A DNA stretch of 64,000 nt from Ginglymostoma cirratum (lineage: Eukaryota): NCBI GenBank assembly GCA_024137785.1, contig JAHRHZ010000068.1, forward strand, positions 2,366,928-2,430,927, written 5' to 3'. The notes below the pieces were generated by a model. The model saw only the letters and a program-made list of their open reading frames with translations, was not told the origin of the DNA and ran no database searches. Position 1 is the first letter of the stretch; each line of letters begins with the position of its first letter. This document shows, one piece after another, positions 1-11,798 of the stretch. The translations under genes were made by a program, and so were the position numbers.

Positions 1-1009
1 CAAAGACTGGGTCAGATGCAGTAAGTTAGCATGTTACGAATTTACCTTTGGAACCGGGATTTAAAGGCAGTGTATTTTATGGAATTAAAACTCCCACTTT
101 CTCTGGGTGCTTTTCCAAGGTTAGGGCTGTAGGCTATTTCGTTATCTGACTTGAAAAAGCCAAAACATAAAATGAACATAAATGACAAGAATCAGCTTAA
201 ACAATTAAGTCTCAAGACAGAATCAACAATAATATAATTCTTTTAAGTATGAAAATTTAAATTTAATTCATTTAACTATCATTCATGCAGTCAGGAATAG
301 TACGTGTAGAACTTGTAATTTAATGGTTTTAAATTTAAATTTGACTTATGCTGTAATAATACAAACGAACATGCAGTAAATATAGCATGAGTCTCATTGA
401 GAATGTATTTTTTAAAAATTTAGAAAGTGTATTAAGATTCCATTAAAGTTGCTTTATATTTCCTGCTGTTTTTTGAACTTCAACGGGACTGAAAAGCAGG
501 AAGTTTCAGTCACACAATAGAACTTCAAGCATTACCTCTGTAATTAGCATGTCGATGTATAAACAGCTCCCTCAGCTTCACCAAGTTGATTAAACTTGAA
601 AATTAAACAGAAAATTGTCAAAGATAGATTTTCCTGAATAATAAAATATCATAAATAAGAAAGGCTACAATCCAATTTATTGTTTGATTTTAATTGATTT
701 ATTAAATAGTCACTGCCCATTTAATGTAATAATAAAGGTTAATATTATGTGGAATAACCACAGAATAACTCTCTATAATGCAAATAGTTGGTTTTGAGTG
801 GTGACAGGGAGATTCTTCTATTGTAAAGGTGAGTTCAGTATTGCCCATGGCTTCACTGCTACACATGTCATTTTGGTCCCAGAATGGTGTTTGTGCTACA
901 TACACACACGGTTCCAGTATGGTTTATACTGAACACAATTTTGGGTCAATGTTAACACTGGTGAGAGGAGTTTGCACTAGAACCATACAGTATATGCAGA
1001 TCATCATTT

Positions 1010-1333
1010 TAGTCATAGAATCATGGAGTTATACAGCACGGAAACAGACCCTTTGGTCCAAATTGCCTGCGCTGACCACACATCCCAATCTGACGTAGTC
1101 CCATTGGCCAGCCTTTGGCCCATATCCCTCTAAACCCTCCCTATTCATTTACCCATCCAGATCCCTTTTAAATGTTGTAATTGTACCCACCTCCTCTGGT
1201 AGCTCATTCCATACATGCACCACTCTCTGAGTGAAAAAGCTACCCCTCAGGTCCTTTTTAAATCTTTCCACTCTCACCTTAAACCTATGTCCTCTAGTTT
1301 GGGACTCTTCCACGCGAGAAAACGACCCGTGCA
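1010..1333 (-). mobile_element. CR1 LINE 3' fragment
   Basis: Minus ORF 1149-1334 reads TRGHRFKVRVERFKKDLRGSFFTQRVVHVWNELPEEV, the CR1 ORF2 C-terminus. It is followed by a CR1 3'UTR (ggaccaaagggtctgtttccgtgctgtat) and a short-repeat tail. Confidence 0.9.
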
Positions 1334-2462
1334 ATGCTGATTTGACATCACCTCTGCTATTTTCAAACTTGTTGCTCTAACTATCATCTTCTGTCAACAC
1401 ATTCGGTAGCAGGACAAACATTCCTCAATTTCACCCATAACAGTAGATTTTAAAGGAATCTAGCATTTGAAGGGTAATTAACCTCTACCTGTCTTTTTCA
1501 GTTTGTGGGAGTACTTGCTGAATTAAGGAGTTGGATATAGTTGTTGATGTTGACACAGACTGTTGCTACATGTAGAAAAGAGAAGGCTTTGTTTGTAATT
1601 TCTCACATTCTGTACTCAGTCATGGGTGCTGTAAATGAAATCTTTCTTATGCTGATCATTACACAGAGAGATAGAAGACAAGAACGGAAAGGATAAGATG
1701 ATCAGAAAGGGAGGAGGAGTGGGAGAAGACTTCTCAACAGGAGGTTATCCAATTGGAATCTTCTAACACTTGCCTTGTCTACACCTAAAAAAAGAGCAAT
1801 GAGTAAATCATCTACCATTTATGAAAAAAATGATCATAGAAATCTCTAACTTGCAACCAGACCTGTAACCTTAAAGCAGGACAAGGACAGGGCTGCCAAT
1901 AGCTATGAAAGTGACTATGGTGTTGAATGTCTTCATTAATTCTGATTCAACACCACCTATCCAGAAACTTGAATGCATGATATATCTGTATACACCACCT
2001 TCAGACATATTGATGTCACTTCGATAAAGAGAGAAATTTCCCAAACAGATTTCCCTGGATAGTGTCCAATCCTTTAACTTGCACAGTTTTCTAAATAAGT
2101 GATATTAATTCTTCTGAGGTATCTGCATTGAATTATATGAATTCCATACCTCTTGGATCAAACCTTGGACAAATTATCCGAGAGTTCAAAGCGATGACGT
2201 GACCAGAGGTCATTATTATTGGATTGTTTGCACTGGTCACTTTGAAGTCCTTCATGACTCAAGCAGGTGAAATGAGCAGCATCCTTCAGTTTGCCATCCA
2301 TTGCTGCATCAGAAAGGCAATTGATGTTCTTCAAGCCAAGGGAAGAAAGTATATTGCACCCTCTCTGAAATACCCATGGCTTTGCCAGAAGAGCAGACCT
2401 CCCCATTGTGAAGGGTGCCATCAATATAATACACATGTGGTACAGTGAACAATAGGTTAGTA

Positions 2463-2600
2463 AAAACCAAAAGAACTGTAGATTCTGTAAATCAGGAACA
2501 AAAATAGAAATTGTTTGAAAAGCTCAGCAGGTCTGGCAGCATTTGTGAAAAGAAAATCAGAGTTAATGTTTCCAGTGACTCTTCCTCAGAACTCTGAAGA
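2463..2600 (-). mobile_element. Short PLE-tail element, family B, with degenerate hammerhead motif
   Basis: Minus strand 2596-2558 reads cagagtt CTGAGGA AG AGTCACTG GAAA CA TT aactctg: a 7-bp helix I with helix II partly deleted. The tail follows (gctgccagacctgctgagcttttc). TSD-like aggttagta at 2454-2462 and 2604-2612. Confidence 0.75.
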
Positions 2601-3475
2601 ATAAGGTTAGTATATCTGTACTACTTCAGATGAGACCTGATCAACAATTACATCCTTTAGCTCACCTAAGTCAGTGATCTTTTATCTACACCAAAACCAA
2701 ATCCAGAATTGTTCGTTTTATGAATGAACACTTAGACATCTTAAACAAACAAACCTTCTACCTCCACAGACCAAATCTATGACGCATCCTTCAGGATATT
2801 CTCAAACAAAAAAGCAAGTTAATTGTTTTACCTCTCACACAATCTTTGATGCTATAAATCATATTACTTATCTCTAATAGAGCTTTATGACCCTCTTTCC
2901 TAAAGACATTTCTATTTATTAGCTTCTTGCCTGGGGCTAATAATGGACGTTCTGGCTATACCAACAGATATAGAAATGGGTCGTTCGTTAGTCAGTGATT
3001 ACAACTTCTAATTCAGACCTTGAAGATAAACGTGGGTTAGTTTTTGGTAGTAATTAACTCTGAGCTTATTTGAATTGCGTGACCTTCAGTGTTGTTTAAC
3101 AGCTTTGAAATCAAATGCTGCCAGTTATCTACAGTTAAGGTGACAATTCCTAAAATTTCGATCTCCCACATCCTGGCCTTTATGACAGCACGACCCTTGT
3201 CTCCATGAATGGGGTGAGAGGCTGAAAGGTAGGATGACAATTCGGTGGCAGATATCTGTCCAGCCGGGCTGTCTGTAATCATCTCATTCAATGATCTTCT
3301 CGTTCACAAACAGAAACCCAAAATCCCATTGTACAATACTCACGCACATTACCACTCCTCCATTATGATCCATCAGTGTCCCTTTGGCCACAATGCAAAA
3401 AATATAAAAGCCACCGCAAAACAACTATTCTGTCTAAAAATCATTCAGTTCACAAAGACAACAACCATTCTTATG

Positions 3476-3641
3476 TGAGATAGTAAGAACTGCTGATGCT
3501 GGAGTCTGAGATAACACAGTGTTGAGCTGGAGGAACACAGCAGGCCAGGCAGCATCGGAGGAGCAGGAAAGCTGACGTTTCGGGTTTCTGAAGAAGGGTC
3601 CTGACCGGAAACGTCAGCTTTCCTGTTCCTCTGATGCTGCC
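3476..3641. mobile_element. Palindromic (fold-back) PLE-tail element, family A, with hammerhead motif
   Basis: The arms gcagcatcggaggagcaggaaagctgacgtttc and gaaacgtcagctttcctgttcctctgatgctgc are reverse complements. Plus-strand core CTGAAGA A GGGTC CT GACCG GAAA CG TC at 3588-3615. Weak TSD attcttatg/atttttatg. Confidence 0.85.
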
Positions 3642-4279
3642 TAATTATTTTTATGCATTCCCTATTGGACTGTTCTTGTAAACACTTAGACTCATGCTTC
3701 CATGCAGTGTTAGCCCTGAGCCTGTAGTTTGGCAGAAGGCTGCTATCATTCAGTGGGGAAGACTGCAGGTGGCCTTGTTCTGGGCCTAAAAGGCCTGGCT
3801 TTATACTGTGGCACTTCAGCAGTGGTGGCAGCACCTTGGACTACAATCAAAGCATGGGAAGTGGTAAAAGGACAAATGCTATTACATTTACTGGACAATT
3901 TACTGGATTGCAGTGAGACTCCACAAGCCTCCTGGAGCACTGGTGCCTGCAGCCATGACAACAGCAAGCAAAGACTTCTTGGCAGGAAACTATGGCTCCA
4001 TGGAATAAGATATGATTTCGTGAAAAAAGCACGCATTTTGTGAAATGACCACAATTTTCATGCTGGGAAGGATGGACTCCAGATATAAAGCACTATGCCA
4101 AACTGGTACCAAATTCTACCTGCTCCTTAACAGTGCCACCAGGATTTCTATCAACACACTATGCATACCAGAATACATAGCCATTAGTATCTATGTCACT
4201 ACATCCCAGTTCTCATGCAGCAGATGTTGTGCATGAGTTTGCTTCCCAACGAGCTAACACATTCACTATCTGTAGTCAT

Positions 4280-4505
4280 TGTAACGAGGTCAGCCAGGCA
4301 AAGCTCATAGAATATGAGCTCCCTGATTGGGGCTGTTAACCTGGTCAATGTGGAAGCCCTGGCCGACAGATGTAAGCAGGAGTGTCAGACATCTTGTTCA
4401 CTCTGAGAGCTGGCTCTGAGGAAACTGGACCAGCGTCAAGTACTATGTATGTGTAAATAAAGGGTGACTTTGTGATGGAATACCAGTCTCTGCGGAGTTA
4501 TTTCA
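4280..4505 (+). mobile_element. Probable solo LTR
   Basis: About 226 bp bounded by TGTAAC...TTTCA, with an inverted CCAAT (attgg) and AATAAA at about 4456. No clean TSD. Confidence 0.55.
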
Positions 4506-4729
4506 CTATCCGTATGCCCTGTACTAGAATCCACCTCCTGCTCCAAGGTATTCAATGTTGCATCAGGAAAGCTTAGCACACAGCTTCTGGCCGACTGCAC
4601 TATTTCCAATCTGTTCCCTTATCACAAACTCCTTTTTAATCAGTTGCATCATTTGATGCAGTCAAAATGCACTTTGCTGTTAGGTCCAGGCTGTCTTTAA
4701 TTAGTGTGACATACTTTTAGCACTAATGC

Positions 4730-4764
4730 AACAAAATACTGCAGATGCTGAAAATCTGAGATAA
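4730..4764 (-). mobile_element. PLE-tail terminal fragment
   Basis: actgcagatgctgaaaatctgagataa matches the reverse complement of the family-A 3' end (ttatctcagattctccagcatctgcagt). Confidence 0.55.
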
Positions 4765-4775
4765 TAGCATAAATT

Positions 4776-5110
4776 GTGGCACGATGGCTCACTGCTGCCT
4801 CGTAGCACCAGGGACCCAGGTTCAATTCCATCGTCGGGCAAATGCCTGTGTGGAGTTTGCACATTCTCCCTGTGTCTGCATGGGTTTCCTCCAGGTGCTC
4901 CAGTTTCCTCCCACAGTCCAAAGATGTGCAGGCTGGGTGGATATGCCATGCTAAAATTGCCTGTAGTGTCTAGGGATGTGTAGTTTAGGTGGATTAGCCA
5001 TGGGAAATACAGGGATAGGGTAGGGGTTGAGTCTGGGTGGGATGCTCTTTGAAGAGTCAGTGTGGGCTTGTTGGACCGAATGGCCAGTTTCCACACTGTA
5101 GGGATAATAT
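4776..5110 (+). mobile_element. HE1-type tRNA-derived V-SINE
   Basis: A/B-box head (ggttcaattcc), V-domain (gtgtggagtttgcacattctccctgtgtctgcatgggtttcctcc) and CR1-like tail (ggaccgaatggccagtttccacactgtaggga). Confidence 0.9.
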
Positions 5111-6056
5111 TCTCTACTCAACAGAACTGGCAGGGTGTGTGGAGAAAATAAAAATACATCCAAAGGTTCGGGCAACCTTGCATTAGAATTGGTGTATGTT
5201 CTGAATGCTACCCTTATCCTGTTTTTGCATCTTTGTACTTCTTTTGTACGGAATATTAAAATGTTCTTTCCATTGACAGTTAATGAATCTGAACACATAA
5301 TATTGGTAAATATTGATTCTAAATGCAGAGTCATTGATTATAGCAATCATTATTGTTAGACAATAGCTTGTCCAGGTCTCTCATTGCCTAAACTGACAAG
5401 TTTCATTTCAATTTCAGAATTTATTTCACGTAAATCTTATTTTATTTGTTAAAGAGATTGGAATAATATTCTATATTGCAGCAGTATTATTGATCTCAAA
5501 GTGAAGAGTAAATAATATGCTTAAATGAAAGTATTAATGCTCTTATTGTATAATTTTCAACAATGCACAAGTAATATAGATACAGGCAGATTTTTCTTGG
5601 CATATAGAGGTAATTCTAACCTAATCGGTCAGCACGTAACCCACAACATCAAGAGGAATTTCACACTTTTACAGATGTCCCAATATTGACTTCAATTGAG
5701 AAGAAAATTGGACTGGATGCAAAAACAGTGGTGTATCAGTCCATTCAGTTTCCTAATGGTAAGTTAGGTTAATACTGTCTACCAGCATCTGAATTCTTTA
5801 ATGGCAGCAAACTTGCCTGAACAGTAGTCAAAATACCACTGAGTTTCTTGTAAAATGGATTTAGTTTGTTACAATGGGTGTCTATAGAACATATTCAAAA
5901 AAGGGCAGTTATTTTGACTGATGTCTTATGATATTGCAATAAACTACTGTGTCTATGCTTGATTTTGAAAAATCTGAATGCTCAGCAGTAATTAATATTA
6001 AGTGAAGAAGGTAAATTACGTAGAACAGCTTCTCATCACCCACCTATTAAACTTAC

Positions 6057-6114
6057 CAAAGATGGTGTTAATTATCTTTCCATATCCTTGTTTCAGCATA
6101 ACACATCCCGCAGC
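6057..6114 (-). pseudogene. SDR-family dehydrogenase exon (substrate-binding region), likely pseudogene
   Basis: Translates AAGCVMLKQGYGKIINTIF, matching the SDR G-x-I-I-N-x-(A/S)-S strand. It starts in phase 0 after cagAG, compatible with the upstream exon, and ends at a GTAAGT donor. The expected catalytic Ser after INT is missing. Confidence 0.75.
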
Positions 6115-7126
6115 CTCTGACAGAACTTTTGCAAAGACAAATTACTGTTTCATGAACATACCAATATTCGCAGGATAACAAATTACAGTCCACCCTCTTC
6201 AGGTGGGTTATACTCTTGTGTAAAGGAAGCACCCACTGTAATACAACATACCTTTTAGTCTTTCTGTCAAATGCAAAGACATAAGCATCATGTTGCTGGT
6301 TCTTAACAACTAATTTCGTCCAAGTAAAATAGTCAATAATGTTTAATCAGTTTTCCTCCAACTCTGCAATTTCCCCTTTATGCTGCACTTCTGGAGCAAC
6401 CAAACCACTCATGCCTATAACCAAAACAATCTACTTTTATCTATTATTTCATCTAAGAATATTGGGCCTCATGCCAATTAATCCATTGCTGAAATGCTGT
6501 CTTCTAATTAGATGGACCTCAGTCCAAATCCCAAGTTAATTGTCACCATGAAGACAAGTTTTGCTAGTTCTTCCACATATTGTTTTTCATTGGAGCGTGG
6601 CGCGATAGTCGAAAATCTGGGACTTTTTTCATTTGACCCCTGAAATTAGCTTGTGTCATCTCCTAGAGATTGCTCGATAGATGATTATGGCACACTATTG
6701 GCTATGGCTGGAATGTTGCTGGAGGCAAGTCCTTTCTGCTCTCACTGTTAAACTAGAATACAAGGAAGCCATTTCTTTGGAACGAGGCAGGCAATAAAGT
6801 TAACAAGTATTGTAGTTCCATCAATGCAGCATTGATCTATTTATTTCATGAATGTTTTAAATACAGAATGCCCCAGTAGCTATGCATAGTTTAATAATTG
6901 CTAAATACTGTTCAAGTGAATTATAGTTTCGCAAAGACATATCCTTCTTTGTGTAGGGCAGGCTATGTCAATATTAAAAGCCTAATGCCCCAGTTCCTCA
7001 TGTACAGAGGAATTTAGAGAATATGGAAAGGAGTAACATGTTCATCTGCACAAAGCTAATCAGCATTTGGTCATATTGTCACTGTCTTTTATCTCAGTTT
7101 TATGACGCCACCTTGTTAATGTAATA

Positions 7127-7545
7127 CTTAATACCCTTGCCTAATATGTAATGTCTGCTGTAAAATCTTTATTTGCTGTAACCTCAATAGTTTTTGGAGG
7201 AGAGAGTTCCAATTTTCCACTATCCTTTGCGTGAAGAAGCATTTTCTGACATGATTTCTGGATGGCCAAAGTCTAATTACAAAGTTATGTCCTTTTAATC
7301 TGAGCTTGTCCACTAGAATGAGTAATTACTCTGTCTACACTTTATCAACTTCTTTAATCATATTAAATACATCCCATCGATCACTCCTTTGTCCTACAAA
7401 CCCAAAGGAACACAAACTCAGTCGACAACTAGTCTTCATAATCTAACCTTTCAACCCCAATACCATTTGGTGAGTCTACCTTGCACCTTCTGCAAGGCCA
7501 AAGTATCTGTTTTGAGGTGCAGTTCCCAAAAATAAATACATTGTT
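7127..7545 (-). mobile_element. Degenerate CR1 LINE fragment
   Basis: Minus ORF contains KGHNF...VRKCFFTQRIVENWNSL. Upstream sequence resembles the QFWAPHLK motif. Confidence 0.75.
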
Positions 7546-7575
7546 GGGCCCCAAACAGAACTGCAGCTGCAGACA

Positions 7576-7674
7576 TTCTGAGGAAGGATCCCCAGACCCA
7601 AAATGTTAACTCTGTTTTATTCCTTCACAGGTGCTGCCAGATCTGCTGAGCCTTTCCAGCAACTTTGTTTTTGT
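7576..7674 (+). mobile_element. Short PLE-tail element, family B, CpG-decayed hammerhead
   Basis: tt CTGAGGA A GGATC CCCA GACCC AAAA TG TT aactctg, then the tail gctgccagatctgctgagcctttccagcaac shared with the 2.5 kb and 35.6 kb copies. Confidence 0.75.
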
Positions 7675-7799
7675 ATGGGATAGAGAGTGCTCAGCTTACC
7701 AATTTAGCTACAGAGATCTAGTGAAAATGTGGTTTGTTTGACTACACAGTTGGCAGCAAGAATCATCCTATTAGAGAAAATAGAGATTGATTTGAAAAG

Positions 7800-8330
7800 C
7801 TCCTATAACCACAATATTTCCTATAAACAAAATCTCCTAAGATATTTCACAAGTAGTTTTAATAAAAATTGATGCCTTGTCTGGAAAGAAGAGGAGAAGG
7901 GGTCGCAAAATGCTCAGTCAAATTTGTAGTAAAATGGCTTAGTGGGTACTCCAGAAGGTAGATCCAAAGCTTTGCCACCAATCATAGGCCAAATAAGGTA
8001 ATGGGATGCTCAGACACCTTAACTCAGGTATATAGAGAATTGGAGGGTGTGGGGGGAGGTGAGAGGGTGTGAAATGGTATATAGGCTTCGAGGACAATTG
8101 GATCAAGGCAGTGGTTGGATTTATAAATTAAGACAAAGCACTGAATTTAGCTGTTTTGCAGTTGGGAACCTCTCATAGGTCAATGGTCAAAGGAGGTAGG
8201 GAAGATGAATGTGTGGGATTTAACGTAGATCAGGATGTGTGCAGCAGAGCTCTTGGGAATGGTTGGCATGTGCAGTGTGTTTCCCAAGACAGGAGTTAAA
8301 GCACCAATTGAGGCAGAACACAAACAGTTT
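7800..8330 (-). mobile_element. Highly decayed L2-like LINE fragment
   Basis: Purine-rich strand resembling antisense L2 3' sequence (e.g. gcagcagagctcttggga). Recalled similarity only. Confidence 0.4.
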
Positions 8331-8765
8331 CAGCATGTGCTGTTCTTGATAAAGAAAGGTACCCATTCTCACAAATGCTTTCCTCAACAACACTTCCATT
8401 TGGATGAGACTAAATATTTATGATATAAGTAATTGACAGCCTCACCATAAGATAAAATTCAACAGCTGAACTTTCAAGCTCTGGTACACTGCAGGCATTC
8501 AGAAGAAAACATTGAATGATGTTCTGTAGTTACCTGTGGATAATAATCAGTTTAAATCTTACCATTTGAAATTCCTGAGTTTTTAAAATTGCTCATCTCA
8601 TTTAACCTTTCTTGTAATAACTTGAATTGTGAGTCAATTAAGTTTTGAACATAACAAAAATGAAGTTTATTAAACTCAGTTGTATTTATCCACAGGTGTG
8701 GTGCCTGGGGCAAAAAGAAAGGTCTCACCTTTGGCCCACACAAAAGGCTAATGCATTGTACACAC

Positions 8766-8974
8766 CTGGCAGCCCATAATTACTCCTCATGGATTGACAT
8801 CAAAAGCCTTGCCCCACTTTGCTGACAGCGTCTCTTCTCTCACTGAGTTCATGTTTATTCCTGCATTGTTGCAAGCTGTGTGAAGTGTGCCCCATTTAAC
8901 CACAGCCGTATCAACCATCTTTCTCACGTCCTCAGGCTTGCCTACATCTGCTGCAACTGCCACACACTGTATAC
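8766..8974 (-). pseudogene. SDR-family (polyol/sugar dehydrogenase-like) exon with in-frame stop
   Basis: 209-nt exon between an acceptor (ttttaatcctaattgCAG) and a donor (CAG|GTGTG). It encodes GIQCVAVAADVGKPEDVRKMVDTAVVKWGTLHTACNNAGINMN...WGKAFDVNP*GVIMGCQ, with the SDR ADV, NNAG and VN motifs. TGA at 8787-8789. Confidence 0.85.
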
Positions 8975-9907
8975 CTGCAATTAGGATTAAAATTAATTGC
9001 TCGTCTAATGGGGAATTTGGAAACGAAGGAGGCAGCATTTCAGAATATGCAAATATTTTCAGTTAACTGATCTGTATGGACCCAAGGGCTTTCTTCATTA
9101 TAAATGGTTTATGTACAAGGACCTAATCAAGCAAGAACATTTTCCTCTTGAAAACTTTATTTCAATTTATTTCCGGGCTAAGAACAGACCACGTTTTCAC
9201 GTTTTAACATATATCCATACGTTAGTACATTAATTTAAAAGTTTGAGCAACTGATGTGTTCGTGACAAAACAGGAATAATTATATACATATTACAAAACT
9301 TGTCATGACTGTGACATTAGTTCTGGTCAACAACAAAAATCTCTCTTTATCCATCATATGAATCATATTGACTCCTGTAGCACCTGCCACTTAAGTAATT
9401 CATGAATAACTTTTCTCACCTCTTTAAGGATAAAGGAAAGAAAACACCATCTCACCTTGCTATAATAATAAAATGTTTGAATAAGAAACTACAGTACTTC
9501 ATAATTAACTTTATTTGGATTAAATTCAAATGAGGGGTCTCAATTTTGCTCTCAGATGCCAACCGACCTATTGTGTATTCTCAACAAATGCACTTCTCAT
9601 TTCAGGCAATTGTAGCTTTTTCCTGTAGTTTTCCCTTTACATGAAAAACTTTGTATTGTTAATTCAATGCTTTATCAACATCACAGCACCTACAATTAAA
9701 AAATACATTTTACCATGCGTGCATCAACATTACAGTGATTTACCTAACAAGATATTAGGATATTTTTCATTACTTAGCAGGTGGCAATTTTTTGTGCTAT
9801 TTTGTACAAAACATCAAATAAAGCGTGTAATTGACTCAAGAAGTTGCACAATAAAAAATACTTCCATTCACTTTGACTATTGTTGCCAAGGTTAAAATCC
9901 TGTGAAT

Positions 9908-9927
9908 GGAGCACCACCTAGTGGTAA
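9908..9927 (-). promoter_or_regulatory. Candidate CTCF site
   Basis: Minus strand ttaCCACTAGGTGGTGCtc is one transition from the CTCF core CCACTAGGTGGCGC. Motif match only. Confidence 0.45.
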
Positions 9928-11497
9928 AATACAAATGTACTTCCCATTGTTGAAATTTATATATTCCTCCCCAAATTTTATAATTCAATTCATCAATTAA
10001 GATTGTTAACTAAAACGTAAACTGGGAATTTGAGCAGTGCCCTTGTGTATAATGGCAATATGGAAGGCTATAAAAGTCATTCACAAATGTCAAATGGCAT
10101 TAAACGGTCACAGATTTGTATTAAATTTATAAACTAAAGGTGCCTCATTTTATGATGGCAGAAATATATTTCTGTGCAAAATTGACCATGAACCTGGAGA
10201 CACTGTGACTATGTGAGGCAGGATGAAATGCCTAGCTGCTTTATCTTGTGCAACTCTTTTATACGTTCATTTCTTTATTAGTAGAAATTTAGCTTCCAGA
10301 AAAATGAGTAAAGCAAATAAGCAGGACATCCACCATACGTGCTTCAGACTGCTGTTCTTGGTCCTCAATCCGAGCCACCACTGAAAGAGTCTGCTGGAGC
10401 TTGCAAAGGGTGAGAAAGTCTTTTAACCATGTTATTTCTCTGGACATTTGTATGTATTTTGCTGCCGGCTTAGGCCTCTCACCAACCATCTCTCCCCTTC
10501 ACTTCCACTTCTAGGTCATACTTACAAAGCTGGAAAAATTAGGGGAGAAGCTTCAGGTCACCTCAAATGCTATTCACAGTGCACTGGCATTATGAAGATG
10601 AAGCCCAAAGCCCAATTTTAAATGGGGCTTGGACCAAGTTCTTCACATCATGCTGCCCAGTTGAATATCACCTTCTTTGAGTCATAGCATGATCAACTGT
10701 GGCAGTGCCTGGTACAATCATTCTGAGGCTGCACACTTAACCAAATACAATCAATTTACATGCACATCCCTGTAATTCTGAGTTTGGCACTAGATCATAG
10801 GAACTGTTCAGCATTATAAATCTGACAATGTAAAAGGCATGCATTTTCGAACATGATAATATTCAATACGATGCCACAAGAGAAAGTAGAGCGTTTTTAT
10901 GATAAATAAGGTGAGATTTGTAAGTTATATCGATTATACTTGATGTTTCACAAATTTAGCAGTCTCAAAACTACGGTAGAATGAAATGAAAAGCATTAAC
11001 TAGATAAGAAAAAACTAAGCATGAATTTTGCTACATACTTATTGGACGTAGCAATAATTTTCTCAGAAAACACAGCAGCAATCAGCCTCTAATACAAAGT
11101 GTTTTAATTCTGTGGTTGCTTACCATGTATTGCCTTTGTCTCATGTATAAGGGAAGCAGAGATTGAGTCAGGTAACATGGTTGGATAGTCAAGGATTTTC
11201 CCCAGTGTCATGCTTTCTACTTGTTTCATCAAGTCAGAACAATGTTGCACTTTCCTAAATTAAAACAAATCTTAATTACATCAAAAGGAATCTACAGTGA
11301 GTACGTCAGCTTGATTTAATTGATCGTGATTTTACCTCTGAATTAGAAAGCTTGGCATTCATATTTTTAATTATGCCTGCAAAGCTGCTTGAATTTTTTC
11401 TCAATGGTAAAGGTGTTATATAAATGCAAGGATTTGTTGCTAATTGTGGTGCACGTCCAATTATGAGCTCATAATTAAAACAGTAACAAAGCACTCC

Positions 11498-11798
11498 TTT
11501 GTCAAAGGTTCAAGGTTTTGGATGAGATATTAACTGAGGCCCTTTTCCACCTCCCCAGTTTAACAGATTAAACCCTGTGGATTATTCAAAGAGGAGTAAG
11601 GTTTCTTAGCCGACAATTCTTGTTCAACTGCATAGAAATTAGACAGTGTACTTATTCGTTCACTGTTTGCAAAACCTTGCTTCATGAAATTCACTGTTGC
11701 ATTCCAACAATTAAAATGTAATCAATTTTGTTATAAAGTGTTTTGTGACATCCGAGGATGAGTTAAGATGCTATATAAATCCAAGTACTTCCTTCCTT
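11498..11798 (+). mobile_element. Old Deu-domain SINE (SacSINE1/AmnSINE-like)
   Basis: ggatgagatattaactgaggccc ... tail gtgacatccgaggatg..agatgctatataaatccaagt. Confidence 0.7.

Noticed and set aside
4776-4850. tRNA genes in SINE heads
   Set aside because: The A/B boxes continue into SINE bodies and there is no full cloverleaf.
6345-6414. Minus-strand terminal-exon-like GMSGLVAPEVQHKGEIAELEEN*
   Set aside because: No homology recognised, the phase is incompatible with the SDR exon, and it is short enough to be chance.
8787-8789. In-frame TGA as selenocysteine or readthrough in the SDR exon
   Set aside because: The position corresponds to the usual basic residue of VN(L)(R/K)G, not Cys. CGA->TGA decay is simpler, other lesions are present and no SECIS was identified.
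9528-9605. Very decayed PLE-tail-like fragment
   Set aside because: Too diverged, with no hammerhead core left. Not counted.
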